From assembly GCA_002498525.1 (NCBI GenBank), contig DAHR01000013.1, positions 131,809 through 194,213 on the forward strand: a stretch of DNA of 62,405 bases. Reading direction: 5' to 3'. The stretch is from Euryarchaeota archaeon UBA58 (lineage in GTDB: Archaea > Thermoplasmatota > Poseidoniia > Poseidoniales > Thalassarchaeaceae). Positions 36,050 through 45,044 of the stretch are shown one piece after another. The notes under the pieces are model-generated. The model was given only the letters and a program-made list of their open reading frames with translations. It did not search any database and was not told the origin of the DNA. Position 1 is the first letter of the stretch. Every line of letters starts with the position of its first letter. A program made the translations under genes and the position numbers.

Positions 36050-36820
36050 TCAGCCAGAGCGGTCGCGATAACTCGAGAGCAGAACGGTCAGGAACAAGCC
36101 GGCAGCGATGCCGAAAGCCGTGCCTTGGTCAGCCAGAGTCGAGCCGGCCAGATCACGGAAAGTCAGCGCCATGACTCCGGTCATCGGCACGACGAAGACG
36201 ACGAAGCGGCCCAATCGCCGCTTCGCACTAGGAGCGACACCCATCGGTCGAAGTGTAATCGAACCAGCCTTCTCCAAGACCTGCCAATCGACCGCTTCCG
36301 CCCCGATTCGCAGCCGCTGCAAGACAGCGGGGCGAATACCTGGGTCGGCCGATTTATCGTGGATAATCTCCCCTCGGCCGGTCACCAATCGCACCCGTTT
36401 GAGTTCATCCCGGTGCGCCAGCAACAACTCGGTAGCGCCGGCTGCCTGAGCAGCATCCAAGCCATGCATATCGAAAGTCAGAACTCCACGCTCACGCCGA
36501 ACCCTCTCCTCAACCACCCAAGCCCCATCAGTCTCATCTTCGAGGTGAGTCAGAACAGCCCTGAGATCATCGACTTCAGCCGCCCTTTCAGCATCGCGAG
36601 TCTCGACCTTCTCTGTGTGATTCCGCACCCGCGCGAGCGCGAACATCAACACCACAGCGCCGCTCGCGCCGCCGATTATCAGGCCGGTTTGAAGGGCATT
36701 CCCAATCTCGTCAACTTCAGTTCCGAGTGCGAAGAACGCCATCATCGACGACATCACGGTGACCATCACGCCGATGACGAGTGAAATCGCCAACGCGTCT
36801 CGTACTCCGACCTCAACCAC
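36050..36820 (-). CDS. Membrane protein with a central Smr (small MutS-related) domain
   Basis: Two N-terminal and two C-terminal hydrophobic helices flank LTFDMHGLDAAQA...RVRLVTGRGEIIH...IRPAVLQRL (Smr pattern DLHG...TGxG). GTG start. Confidence 0.7.
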   Translation of the reverse strand: MVEVGVRDALAISLVIGVMVTVMSSMMAFFALGTEVDEIGNALQTGLIIGGASGAVVLMFALARVRNHTEKVETRDAERAAEVDDLRAVLTHLEDETDGAWVVEERVRRERGVLTFDMHGLDAAQAAGATELLLAHRDELKRVRLVTGRGEIIHDKSADPGIRPAVLQRLRIGAEAVDWQVLEKAGSITLRPMGVAPSAKRRLGRFVVFVVPMTGVMALTFRDLAGSTLADQGTAFGIAAGLFLTVLLSSYRDRSG

Positions 36821-36837
36821 GAGACGCGGGTACCTTG

Positions 36838-37680
36838 ATGACGATAGAACCCACCGACCGAGATGTGAGCAGGCTCAACGAAGTTTCTGACCGCGACGTA
36901 CGCCTACAGGACGAAGGTAAGGAAGCGACCACTCTTCGCAACGGCCGGCCCGACCGCATCCGTGAATCAAAGGTCGGCCGAAACCTCGCAGCAATCGCAG
37001 GAGTCTACCTGATCCTCGTCTTCCTAGTCCCACTCGCACTGCCCGAGAACACGATACCAGATTTGTCCGGACGAGCCAATCGGTTCGATTACGCAACCGA
37101 TGACGGGTGGGCTTCGTGGGGCAACGGCGACAATGGCGAGGGGAGCGCTGTAGGGCATAACCAACCTGAGAATGGCGGCACATTCGCCTGGACTGACCTC
37201 AATCCTGTGGCTGCACTAGTCTACGCCATCGGTGACCTCAATTGCCATCAGAAATTCGAGCGTTCTTGGGAAATCAACGGCAACCAACTGGCTGTCTGCA
37301 CGCGCGACATCGGGATTCTTCTGGGTTTTGTCGGAGCCTGTCTGCTATGGTCGCGCAAGGGCTTGAATCGATGGACTGTGAGAGATTCTTTCCTCTCGAT
37401 CTTCACTGACGAAAGCGTCGAGAGATTCTACTTCAACGACACCCGAATGAGGCTCATGCTCGTCCTTCTCGCCGTCGGATTGGGCCCAATGGCAGTTGAC
37501 GGATTCACTCAGCTGCTGACCGATTATGAGTCGACGAACCTTCTGCGGATCCTCACGGGAGCCCCAGCCGGGTTCGTCGGAGGCTGGTTCTTCTCAGCGA
37601 CCTTCTCGGCTCGGCCGAATCAGTTCGATGACGCCGAGTCTGTGAAGTTGCCAGCCGATGCGAAATTACGCATCGTCTGA
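36838..37680 (+). CDS. DUF2085-family membrane protein
   Basis: GDLNCHQKFERSW...AVCTRDIGILLGF matches the DUF2085 CHQ..RS...CaRc.G signature, with multiple TM helices. ATG 36838 was chosen to avoid overlap with the divergent gene. Confidence 0.7.
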   Translation: MTIEPTDRDVSRLNEVSDRDVRLQDEGKEATTLRNGRPDRIRESKVGRNLAAIAGVYLILVFLVPLALPENTIPDLSGRANRFDYATDDGWASWGNGDNGEGSAVGHNQPENGGTFAWTDLNPVAALVYAIGDLNCHQKFERSWEINGNQLAVCTRDIGILLGFVGACLLWSRKGLNRWTVRDSFLSIFTDESVERFYFNDTRMRLMLVLLAVGLGPMAVDGFTQLLTDYESTNLLRILTGAPAGFVGGWFFSATFSARPNQFDDAESVKLPADAKLRIV

Positions 37681-37720
37681 CCAAAATCAGATTACTTTCT
37701 GCAGGGCTTGACCAGGAAGA

Positions 37721-39061
37721 TCACTGGCCCTGCCACCAAGCGACGAGACCGCTGGCGCCGGCCGGTGCTGCTGCGTCGGCTTTGCCATTTCCGAGGATCG
37801 CCAGCCGCTCGATGGTGTCGCGTACGGCTCGCGGCTGCTGGCCCGAGCGAACGATCTGCCCCATGGCGAAGCGAAGGTGAGTGTCGGGATTTCTTGAAAT
37901 CCACCTGGCTAGGGCTTTGCGCAGCGGCCAGATGACCAGAGCCATCATGCCGAAGGCCTGCATCTCGTCCTTGAGTTGGTTGCGCGAGGCATCGCGACCG
38001 AGCAGCGACTTGTGTTGATGGACCCACTTCGAGCGGTCAGCGAGGAATCTCAGCACCTTGTGAGAATGACTGTCCGAGACCGCTCGCACAGGTCCTTGTG
38101 CTGCCCGCAATTCGTTGACATCAGCCGAGGGCAGCACTGAGAGAGTACCACATATCGAGGACATCGAATGCGCCAGCACCGATTTCGGAACATCGACGCG
38201 CTCGTCTTCAGGAACCGCAGCGATAGCCTCAGAATGAGCCTTCTGAGCGGCCCTCAGAACCCGCCAAGGTGCCTCTCCGCCGAGCCAATCTCCGCGCGCT
38301 CGGGCCGGATCGACCCCCAAGTCATCGAGTGTCGTCTGCCCCTTCGTCGACTTGATCAGCCGGCGCAGCATGAAGCGTTCAACCGACTCGGTCTCGACAT
38401 TCAGTGGAGCCACCCTCGAGTGGATGAACTTGCGAATGTGCAGCGTCAATTTCCGCCGAAACTCACGCTCGGTCGCCTCATTCGAGACAGGACCGATGAT
38501 GGCCCCCATATCGAATGGAATCGGCATCTCGATCTCACCCGAAAGGAGCGCAGCATAACCCGCCCGAATCGCCTTCTGCAACTCGGTCGTCTCGAAATAT
38601 TCAGCTTTGTCAGACATCATCCGCAGCGTTCCAGAGCGAATCCGATTGATCGCCACCTCGGGGTCGCAATCAACCCAGATGCAAAGGTCGGGAACCAGCG
38701 CAGCAGAATTCAGATGAGCGACCCTGTCAACACCCAATTCGCCGACAATCCCCTGATAGACAAGAGATGAGTGGACATTCCTCTCACTGACGACAATCCG
38801 TCCTTCCTCCAATCGAGGAAGTATCCAACCGTGAGAATGGTCGACTCGGTCAGCGGCGAACAAGCCGGCCTCCGACTCAGGAGTGTGCGTCTGTCGCCTG
38901 ACCGAATCGATAGCGAGCCGCCCCAGCGGATGGTCCCGCCGCGGCTCGCCCGTAACCTCTACCGAGGTGAAGCAGAACTCACGTTCCAGCACTTCGGCAA
39001 CGACCTTTGTGGCCAGCCCTTTTCCCGAGCCATCCCCGCCTTCGATTGTGATCAGATACAC
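37721..39061 (-). CDS. tmk: Thymidylate kinase fused to a ~240-aa C-terminal region of unknown function
   Basis: P-loop ITIEGGDGSGKG, LFAADRVDH and VVSERNVHSSLVYQG in the first ~205 aa. The remaining ~240 aa show no motif I recognise. GTG start is preceded by GAGGTG. Confidence 0.8.
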   Translation of the reverse strand: MYLITIEGGDGSGKGLATKVVAEVLEREFCFTSVEVTGEPRRDHPLGRLAIDSVRRQTHTPESEAGLFAADRVDHSHGWILPRLEEGRIVVSERNVHSSLVYQGIVGELGVDRVAHLNSAALVPDLCIWVDCDPEVAINRIRSGTLRMMSDKAEYFETTELQKAIRAGYAALLSGEIEMPIPFDMGAIIGPVSNEATEREFRRKLTLHIRKFIHSRVAPLNVETESVERFMLRRLIKSTKGQTTLDDLGVDPARARGDWLGGEAPWRVLRAAQKAHSEAIAAVPEDERVDVPKSVLAHSMSSICGTLSVLPSADVNELRAAQGPVRAVSDSHSHKVLRFLADRSKWVHQHKSLLGRDASRNQLKDEMQAFGMMALVIWPLRKALARWISRNPDTHLRFAMGQIVRSGQQPRAVRDTIERLAILGNGKADAAAPAGASGLVAWWQGQ

Positions 39062-39070
39062 GCTTACACC

Positions 39071-39811
39071 TCAAGCGTCCTCGACGAATCCGAACTGCCC
39101 ACGAGAGAGATAGGCAAGACCCATCCCCATCAGAATCAGCAGCGGGCCGATGAACATCAGACCCTGACTCCAGAGCCCCAGATATGCGAGGAGTTGTGTA
39201 CGGAAGTGACTCGTTCCATTGTATGCTTCAACGCCTCCGATTATCCCTGCCAAGCCCGCGAGGAGAATCAGCACACCGATGACGGTGGTGATGAAAACCG
39301 ATTCACGCAGATGACTCTCGCCACGCATGTCCTGCTCGTGCACCCCCTCGCCCGCGGTCAATGTCACCGTGATCTGGGCATGGTCCCCGGGGATGAGCCA
39401 GATTCGTTCTGTGAAGTTGTTGGGGTGGTCGACGACGATGAGCGATGATTGCCGAGGCACGTTGTCGAGCGCAAATCGGCCGCCTGAATCGGTTGTTGTT
39501 CGGCCGATTTCGAGTTCTTCCTCGTCGTACAGGACGACTGTAACTCCTTCGACTGCTTCGCCGCCGGTGGTCTCGTCGACGAGGGCTGAATAAACAGCTC
39601 CGTGGATGTCGGCCAAGCCTCCAGATTCGTCCAATTGGCCGGACAGTACTTCGCCTACATCGGCTGTGATATGTAGGCTTCCGGTGACCACTCCGAGGAT
39701 GCTGCCGAGGATGATGAGGATGGCTCCTGCGACGCGCGTTGCGGGGTCGACTGAGAGGTCGTCGAGCCACCATTCGAAGCGGCTGCGGCGTGATTCGTCA
39801 TCTTCAGACAT
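39071..39811 (-). CDS. Multi-pass membrane protein with a CarboxypepD_reg-like beta-sandwich
   Basis: One N-terminal TM helix, then GVTVVLYDEEELEIGRTTTDSGGRFALDNVP, then three C-terminal TM helices. ATG 39811 is preceded by AGGTGA, and the upstream gene's TAG is 12 nt away. Confidence 0.6.
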   Translation of the reverse strand: MSEDDESRRSRFEWWLDDLSVDPATRVAGAILIILGSILGVVTGSLHITADVGEVLSGQLDESGGLADIHGAVYSALVDETTGGEAVEGVTVVLYDEEELEIGRTTTDSGGRFALDNVPRQSSLIVVDHPNNFTERIWLIPGDHAQITVTLTAGEGVHEQDMRGESHLRESVFITTVIGVLILLAGLAGIIGGVEAYNGTSHFRTQLLAYLGLWSQGLMFIGPLLILMGMGLAYLSRGQFGFVEDA

Positions 39812-39823
39812 GCTACTCACCTT

Positions 39824-40876
39824 CTACTCCTCCTCGCTGCCTAGTCGAGGCGGCTTCTCAGTTTGCCGCTTCGAGACTATCGAATAATACGCGACTGCTG
39901 TCGACAAGACAATGATGAGAATTGATGACGCTGATAGAGTAGAATAGAAATCCGCGTATGGAGAATTAACCGCCTGAGACGGTTCGAATCGCTCACAATT
40001 CTCATCCAACATCTCGAACTCTATTCGTATACCGTAGTAGTTCGACCAATTCTTACCGGTTACCCACAAAGTGTCCGAAGGGTAATCATCACGAGCGATT
40101 CCATTGAGGACTCCTGATTCCTCAGTTTCGTATTGTTCTCTAAGAAAACTGAGATCGGCCATTTGGCAGACTCTGCCGGTTGAGGAGATGCTGTAAATCG
40201 AATCATCATACCATCGATTTGCAATCAAGTGCGAACCACACTCCAGTTCGTTCCAATTGTCGAGAACCTGTCCATTCATTCTGATTTCGACCTCTTCCTC
40301 GACCGTTGAGAGGTCATCTGAGAGTCTGTACAATTCGCTTGAACCATCTGAGATCCAAAGACCTTCAAAGGGGGACTCACAAATGCCCCAGCCCTCACCG
40401 TCGTAGCTGAAATTCCCGATGGGTTCGAGGGTGTCGATATCGTAGATGAAACCGATTTCTTCGCGCCAAGTCAGTTGAATCACCGAGTCGTTCCAGATCG
40501 TAAGACCCTCACCGAAAAACTGGTCTGGAAGGTCTCGCTGTAGCTCGACTTCGCCGGTAGTCATGTTGACTATTCGAACACTGGATTCACCGTACAAACC
40601 TGTGCTTTCGTAGAACTTGCCGTCGTGGATTTCCAAACCTTGCGTGAAGGCGGTCGGGTCGTGCGGAACGATGCTCACAACCACCGGTTCGATCACTTTC
40701 ACTTCCCAAGCACTTTCACTTTCCTGCGCGGCACCCTCTCCCCCTGCATAGCTTAAGAGGGGTGAAACCGAACTCAAGAGGATGGTCGCAATCAGCAATG
40801 GCAGAATCCTCGATTGGGAATTCGAAGCGCTGGGAATGCGGCCCTTTGGGCCGGGGGCGTCCGAACGATGCTCCAT
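39824..40876 (-). CDS. Glutaminyl-peptide cyclotransferase (bacterial/plant beta-propeller type), with N- and C-terminal hydrophobic anchors
   Basis: HDPTAFTQGLEIHDGKFYESTGLYGESSVR...FGEGLTIWND..IQLTWRE..GFIYD...GEGWGI matches the PF05096-type glutamine cyclotransferase pattern. C-terminal TM helix ILIIVLSTAVAYYSIV. Confidence 0.8.
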   Translation of the reverse strand: MEHRSDAPGPKGRIPSASNSQSRILPLLIATILLSSVSPLLSYAGGEGAAQESESAWEVKVIEPVVVSIVPHDPTAFTQGLEIHDGKFYESTGLYGESSVRIVNMTTGEVELQRDLPDQFFGEGLTIWNDSVIQLTWREEIGFIYDIDTLEPIGNFSYDGEGWGICESPFEGLWISDGSSELYRLSDDLSTVEEEVEIRMNGQVLDNWNELECGSHLIANRWYDDSIYSISSTGRVCQMADLSFLREQYETEESGVLNGIARDDYPSDTLWVTGKNWSNYYGIRIEFEMLDENCERFEPSQAVNSPYADFYSTLSASSILIIVLSTAVAYYSIVSKRQTEKPPRLGSEEE

Positions 40877-40920
40877 CGATGTTATAGCGGCTTGGAGTGG
40901 GGCTTGAACCTGTCTTCTTC

Positions 40921-43900
40921 ATGGAGTGTCTCAGCATGGCGTCACACATGAAATCAAATCGACCAACAACTACGTTGTTGTTGGTATGGCTGATGTTCGG
41001 TGCTACTTTGGTGCCGATGGTCAGCGTCGCTGCCGATTCTGCGTCTGCGACAGAACTCATCGTCAGCGGCGATTTGAGTGGTTTCGACCCCGAGACAGAG
41101 GGTCATGAGTACCTCTTTGGTGCCGAAGATGAGCCGGTTTTCTCTGCCTTCGGATACCTCAAGATGCAGTGGATCGATAACGGCTATCCGAATCTCGTGC
41201 TGCCGTTCTCGCAATCATTTCTCAATTCGCGCAGCTCTGTGAAGACCTGTGAAAGTGAATGGTCGGTCGACGATACCGATACCTTTGCGACTTCCAGCGG
41301 AATCGTCTCGGCGACCGTCGAGAAGATATCGTCCAACTCTGCCATCTTCGTCGAGGATGGCGTCGTCATCCCATCGACGACACTGAACGATCTCACATCG
41401 ACGTGGGAGTCGACGATCTACCCTACTGACACCTCCTATTTCGGCGATCCGCCCGATATCGACAACAACTGCCAGATCGAGATTCTGATTTTCGACATCG
41501 ACCTCGGTGGCGGCATCGGCGGCTACTTCGACCCCAATGTCGCCAGCAGCCGAGAGATTCTCTTCATCGACTCGGCTGACCTCACTTGGCGGAACACCAT
41601 TCTTTCCCACGAATTCGAGCACCTGCTCCACAACGCCCGCGACCCATACGAGTATCTCTGGATCGACGAGGGGGCTGCAGACATGGCCGCCTACCTGTGC
41701 TTCGGCGTCACCGACACACTATCGCAACACGCCAACGAATGGTCGCAGAACGCCAACATGAGTGTGCGCTGGTGGAATCAGCGCCTCGCCGACTACGGTG
41801 CCGGCTTCATGTTCCTGATGTATCTGGCCGACAAACTCGGTGGCGGCGCTGCAATCAGCGATCTGGTCTCCGACACCGCGACTGGTGGAGTCGCGGTCGA
41901 GAATCTGGCTCGCAACCCTCAGCCTGGCTCGACAGCCATCGGCACAACGATGACCGATATTTTCGCCAATTTCTCAGCCGCGGTGGCTCTCGACAGCGCT
42001 CAAGGGGCATTTGGATTCAGCAACATAGCCATGACTGCAGGTTGCGTCACCGGCTTCATCTGCAAGGTTCAGATGAGTGGTTACAAGGATGAATGGCAGA
42101 ACGACTGGTCTTCACCGGCTCAGCAACTTGAGGGCTGGGGAATGCGGGCTTACAAGTTCGCTGGCGGTACCGGCGCTCCTCTCAATCTGATGGTTCAACC
42201 GACCCAGTTCGGAGTCGCTGGGGTAGTCATGGCGAAGGATGCTGCGACCAGTACATGGTCGATGTCGCGCCTTCGCATCGACACAGGGACCGGCGCTGGC
42301 ACCGGCTTGGTGCACGGCTTCGGCAACGAGACCAACGAGGTCTGGCTGATTGCATGGTACGAATCTCAAGTCAACGATTGCGACTATAATTTCGCCAGCT
42401 GCGGCATCACGACCGGCTCTTACCCGACGACCTCGATAACCGTCCAAGCGGGAATCATCACCGACCCAGCCGATATAGAAATCATGTCGATCACCTCATT
42501 CGATCGCGATGCTGACAATCTCGATGACAGCATCGAAATCGACTTGGAAGTGACCTCAAATGCCTTCTTCGAAATCATTGAGGTTACCCTTGAAGCATTC
42601 GTCAACAACACGCTGCGCGACTCGATTACCTTCGATGTCCCCGCTGGCAACAGCATTCCAAGGGAGGACTCGGTCTGGTTCACACCGCCTGAGACTGGTG
42701 ACTGGACCTTCGGCGTGCGCATCCGTGACGTCACCGGAGCGGTCATCGACACCGCCTTCACCCTGCCGATCGAGTTGGGCAACATGGAACCGGTCGCATC
42801 AGGCTCGACCTCGACGGCAATAACCCAGACTTGGCTTCCAGTGAGCCTTTTCGGTGCGGGCTACGATGTCTGGGGCTTCGGCCTATCGAATAATTCGTAC
42901 TTCCATAATGACACTCCAATCGCATACATCTGGGATCTGGGCGACAATACCACTTCCGGCCTCAAGAATCCAGTTCACACCTATGACGAGGCCGGAGAAT
43001 ACACCATCACCCTGACGGTTCAGGATCAGGGCGGTTACTACTCTGAATCACAGTCTTGGATAGTAACTGTGGCCGATACGACCGAGCCGATCGTCGAGAT
43101 TCGTGTCGATGGCGTGACGATAACCGATGAGATTGTCCTGTTGACGAATCAACGCGTTCTGTTCTCCGCCCGCAGCACGGTCGACAACGTCCCGCATGAG
43201 CAACTCGATTTCACTTGGAATTGGGGTGACGGTGGTGACGAAGGTGGCATCGGATTGGTTGAGGCGAGCCATTCCTATGTCGATGGCAGTGCTGACGGCA
43301 TCGTCTACACACTCACGCTGACGGTCAATGACGGCACACATGTGGTCGAGCATCAGGTCTACGTCCGCATCCTCAACAGAGTTCCTCGCCAGCTCTTCGA
43401 TGAGGAGTTGCAGACCTTCACACTGACCCCTCTCGCCATGCCGGATATCTTCACCGACGACGATGGAATCATCGTCGAATACCGCTGGACTTTCGACGGC
43501 GGAGTGAATCTCTCTGGTCGCGGATTGACCCTCACTTCAGACTTCTCCGCGACCTCCTCTGTCGACCAAAATCCAATGGTTGGATGGAGAACTCCTGGCC
43601 TCAAGAACGTCACAATCGAAGCCACCGATGACGACGGGAATATGTCCAGCGTCACCCTGATTGTACGAGTCCTCAACCAGAGACCTGTCGCCGTCTTCGC
43701 GCGTCCTGCAGACGGCACGGTCGAGTCGGATTACATCTTCGAGAGCCTTTCCTTCGACCCCGACGGCGACACCTCTCTTCTCCAAACCATCTGGGACATC
43801 ACCGGCGTCGACGAACCGATCGAGAACGTCTCCAGCGTTCACCACACCTTCGCCGAGCCGGGCTTGTACACGGTCTCACTGACTGTCATCGACGAGAGAG

Positions 43901-45042
43901 GAGCCGAATCAGCCACCAAATCTTTCCAGATTCGTATTGCCAATCCACTTCCCGTACCAATGATAGAGTTCCGCCAACCGAGCGAGAACGGTACCGTCCT
44001 GGCCGATATTCCAGCCGACGATGCCAGCGTCATCTGGTGGGTTCCATTCGCTGCTGACGGGGGAGCCTTCATCGCTCCAGACCACTCGATATTACTCGAC
44101 GGCTCAGCGAGTTACGATGGCGACCCGCAATTCGTCGGCCGCACCTCGCCAGACCAGCAAGACGCTGACTGGAACGGAATAACACGCTGGATCTGGGACT
44201 TCGGCGACGCCACCCCTCAGGAGGAAGGGGCAATCGTCTGGCACTCGTGGGAGCGCCCGGGAACCTACGAGGTGACCTTGACCGTGGTAGATGGTTTCGA
44301 GGGCGGTGACACGAACACGACGACCATCCTCGTACACATCTCAAGAGCACCAGAGATTCTCACGAAAGACCCTATCGATTCTGATTATGTCACGCAGGGC
44401 GATCTCGTCCTGCTGAACCACAGCGCCACCGACATCGACCTCGAAGAGGGGCTGGAAGCTTGGCTCGACCTCGACGCATTCGACGACAGCGATGGCGATG
44501 GCGATCCGATGAACGACCGAGACAGAAGCCTGACTGGTGAGTTGAAGGTCGACTGGGACCTCAATGCTCTCATCGATTCGGATCAAGACGGCGATTATCG
44601 CAATGATTTCATCTGGGGCAACATGACTTGGTATCAGATCGGCGAGATACGCGTCGTCCTGCAGGTCTGCGACGGTGTCGGCGTCTGCACAACTGAGGAT
44701 TATGTCATCACCGTCCTTTCGGTCGAAGACAGCAAACCTCCTCTCGATTGGGCGGATCTTACCTGGCGCGACCTTGTTCCGAACAAGAGCAGCGCCGGAT
44801 TGTTGGCACTTGTCGGCCTCGTCCTTTTCCTCGGTTGGCTCGTCATGCGCCAGAAGGACGAGGAGGAACTCGACGCCGAAGACATGCTCGAGACCTACGA
44901 TGTTCAGGAAGTGGAGGTCGAGGGAGGCCTACCCGGAATGGACCAGCACACACCTCCACCACAACCGAAGTATCTGACAGTGGGCGAGCGAAGGAACAAG
45001 GAGTCAGGATACGTACGACCTATCAGGACTCGGAGGCGCTGA
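40921..45042 (+). CDS. Giant type-I anchored gluzincin-like metalloprotease with five PKD-like domains
   Basis: Signal peptide LLLVWLMFGATLVPMVSVAADSA. HEFEHLLH plus a downstream WIDEGAAD. PKD-like signatures include WDLGDNTTS..HTYDEAGEYTITLTVQD and WDFGDATP...GTYEVTLTVVDG. TM helix AGLLALVGLVLFLGWLVM. Candidate starts are ATG 40921, 40936 and 40948. Confidence 0.85.
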   Translation: MECLSMASHMKSNRPTTTLLLVWLMFGATLVPMVSVAADSASATELIVSGDLSGFDPETEGHEYLFGAEDEPVFSAFGYLKMQWIDNGYPNLVLPFSQSFLNSRSSVKTCESEWSVDDTDTFATSSGIVSATVEKISSNSAIFVEDGVVIPSTTLNDLTSTWESTIYPTDTSYFGDPPDIDNNCQIEILIFDIDLGGGIGGYFDPNVASSREILFIDSADLTWRNTILSHEFEHLLHNARDPYEYLWIDEGAADMAAYLCFGVTDTLSQHANEWSQNANMSVRWWNQRLADYGAGFMFLMYLADKLGGGAAISDLVSDTATGGVAVENLARNPQPGSTAIGTTMTDIFANFSAAVALDSAQGAFGFSNIAMTAGCVTGFICKVQMSGYKDEWQNDWSSPAQQLEGWGMRAYKFAGGTGAPLNLMVQPTQFGVAGVVMAKDAATSTWSMSRLRIDTGTGAGTGLVHGFGNETNEVWLIAWYESQVNDCDYNFASCGITTGSYPTTSITVQAGIITDPADIEIMSITSFDRDADNLDDSIEIDLEVTSNAFFEIIEVTLEAFVNNTLRDSITFDVPAGNSIPREDSVWFTPPETGDWTFGVRIRDVTGAVIDTAFTLPIELGNMEPVASGSTSTAITQTWLPVSLFGAGYDVWGFGLSNNSYFHNDTPIAYIWDLGDNTTSGLKNPVHTYDEAGEYTITLTVQDQGGYYSESQSWIVTVADTTEPIVEIRVDGVTITDEIVLLTNQRVLFSARSTVDNVPHEQLDFTWNWGDGGDEGGIGLVEASHSYVDGSADGIVYTLTLTVNDGTHVVEHQVYVRILNRVPRQLFDEELQTFTLTPLAMPDIFTDDDGIIVEYRWTFDGGVNLSGRGLTLTSDFSATSSVDQNPMVGWRTPGLKNVTIEATDDDGNMSSVTLIVRVLNQRPVAVFARPADGTVESDYIFESLSFDPDGDTSLLQTIWDITGVDEPIENVSSVHHTFAEPGLYTVSLTVIDERGAESATKSFQIRIANPLPVPMIEFRQPSENGTVLADIPADDASVIWWVPFAADGGAFIAPDHSILLDGSASYDGDPQFVGRTSPDQQDADWNGITRWIWDFGDATPQEEGAIVWHSWERPGTYEVTLTVVDGFEGGDTNTTTILVHISRAPEILTKDPIDSDYVTQGDLVLLNHSATDIDLEEGLEAWLDLDAFDDSDGDGDPMNDRDRSLTGELKVDWDLNALIDSDQDGDYRNDFIWGNMTWYQIGEIRVVLQVCDGVGVCTTEDYVITVLSVEDSKPPLDWADLTWRDLVPNKSSAGLLALVGLVLFLGWLVMRQKDEEELDAEDMLETYDVQEVEVEGGLPGMDQHTPPPQPKYLTVGERRNKESGYVRPIRTRRR

Positions 45043-45044
45043 GG

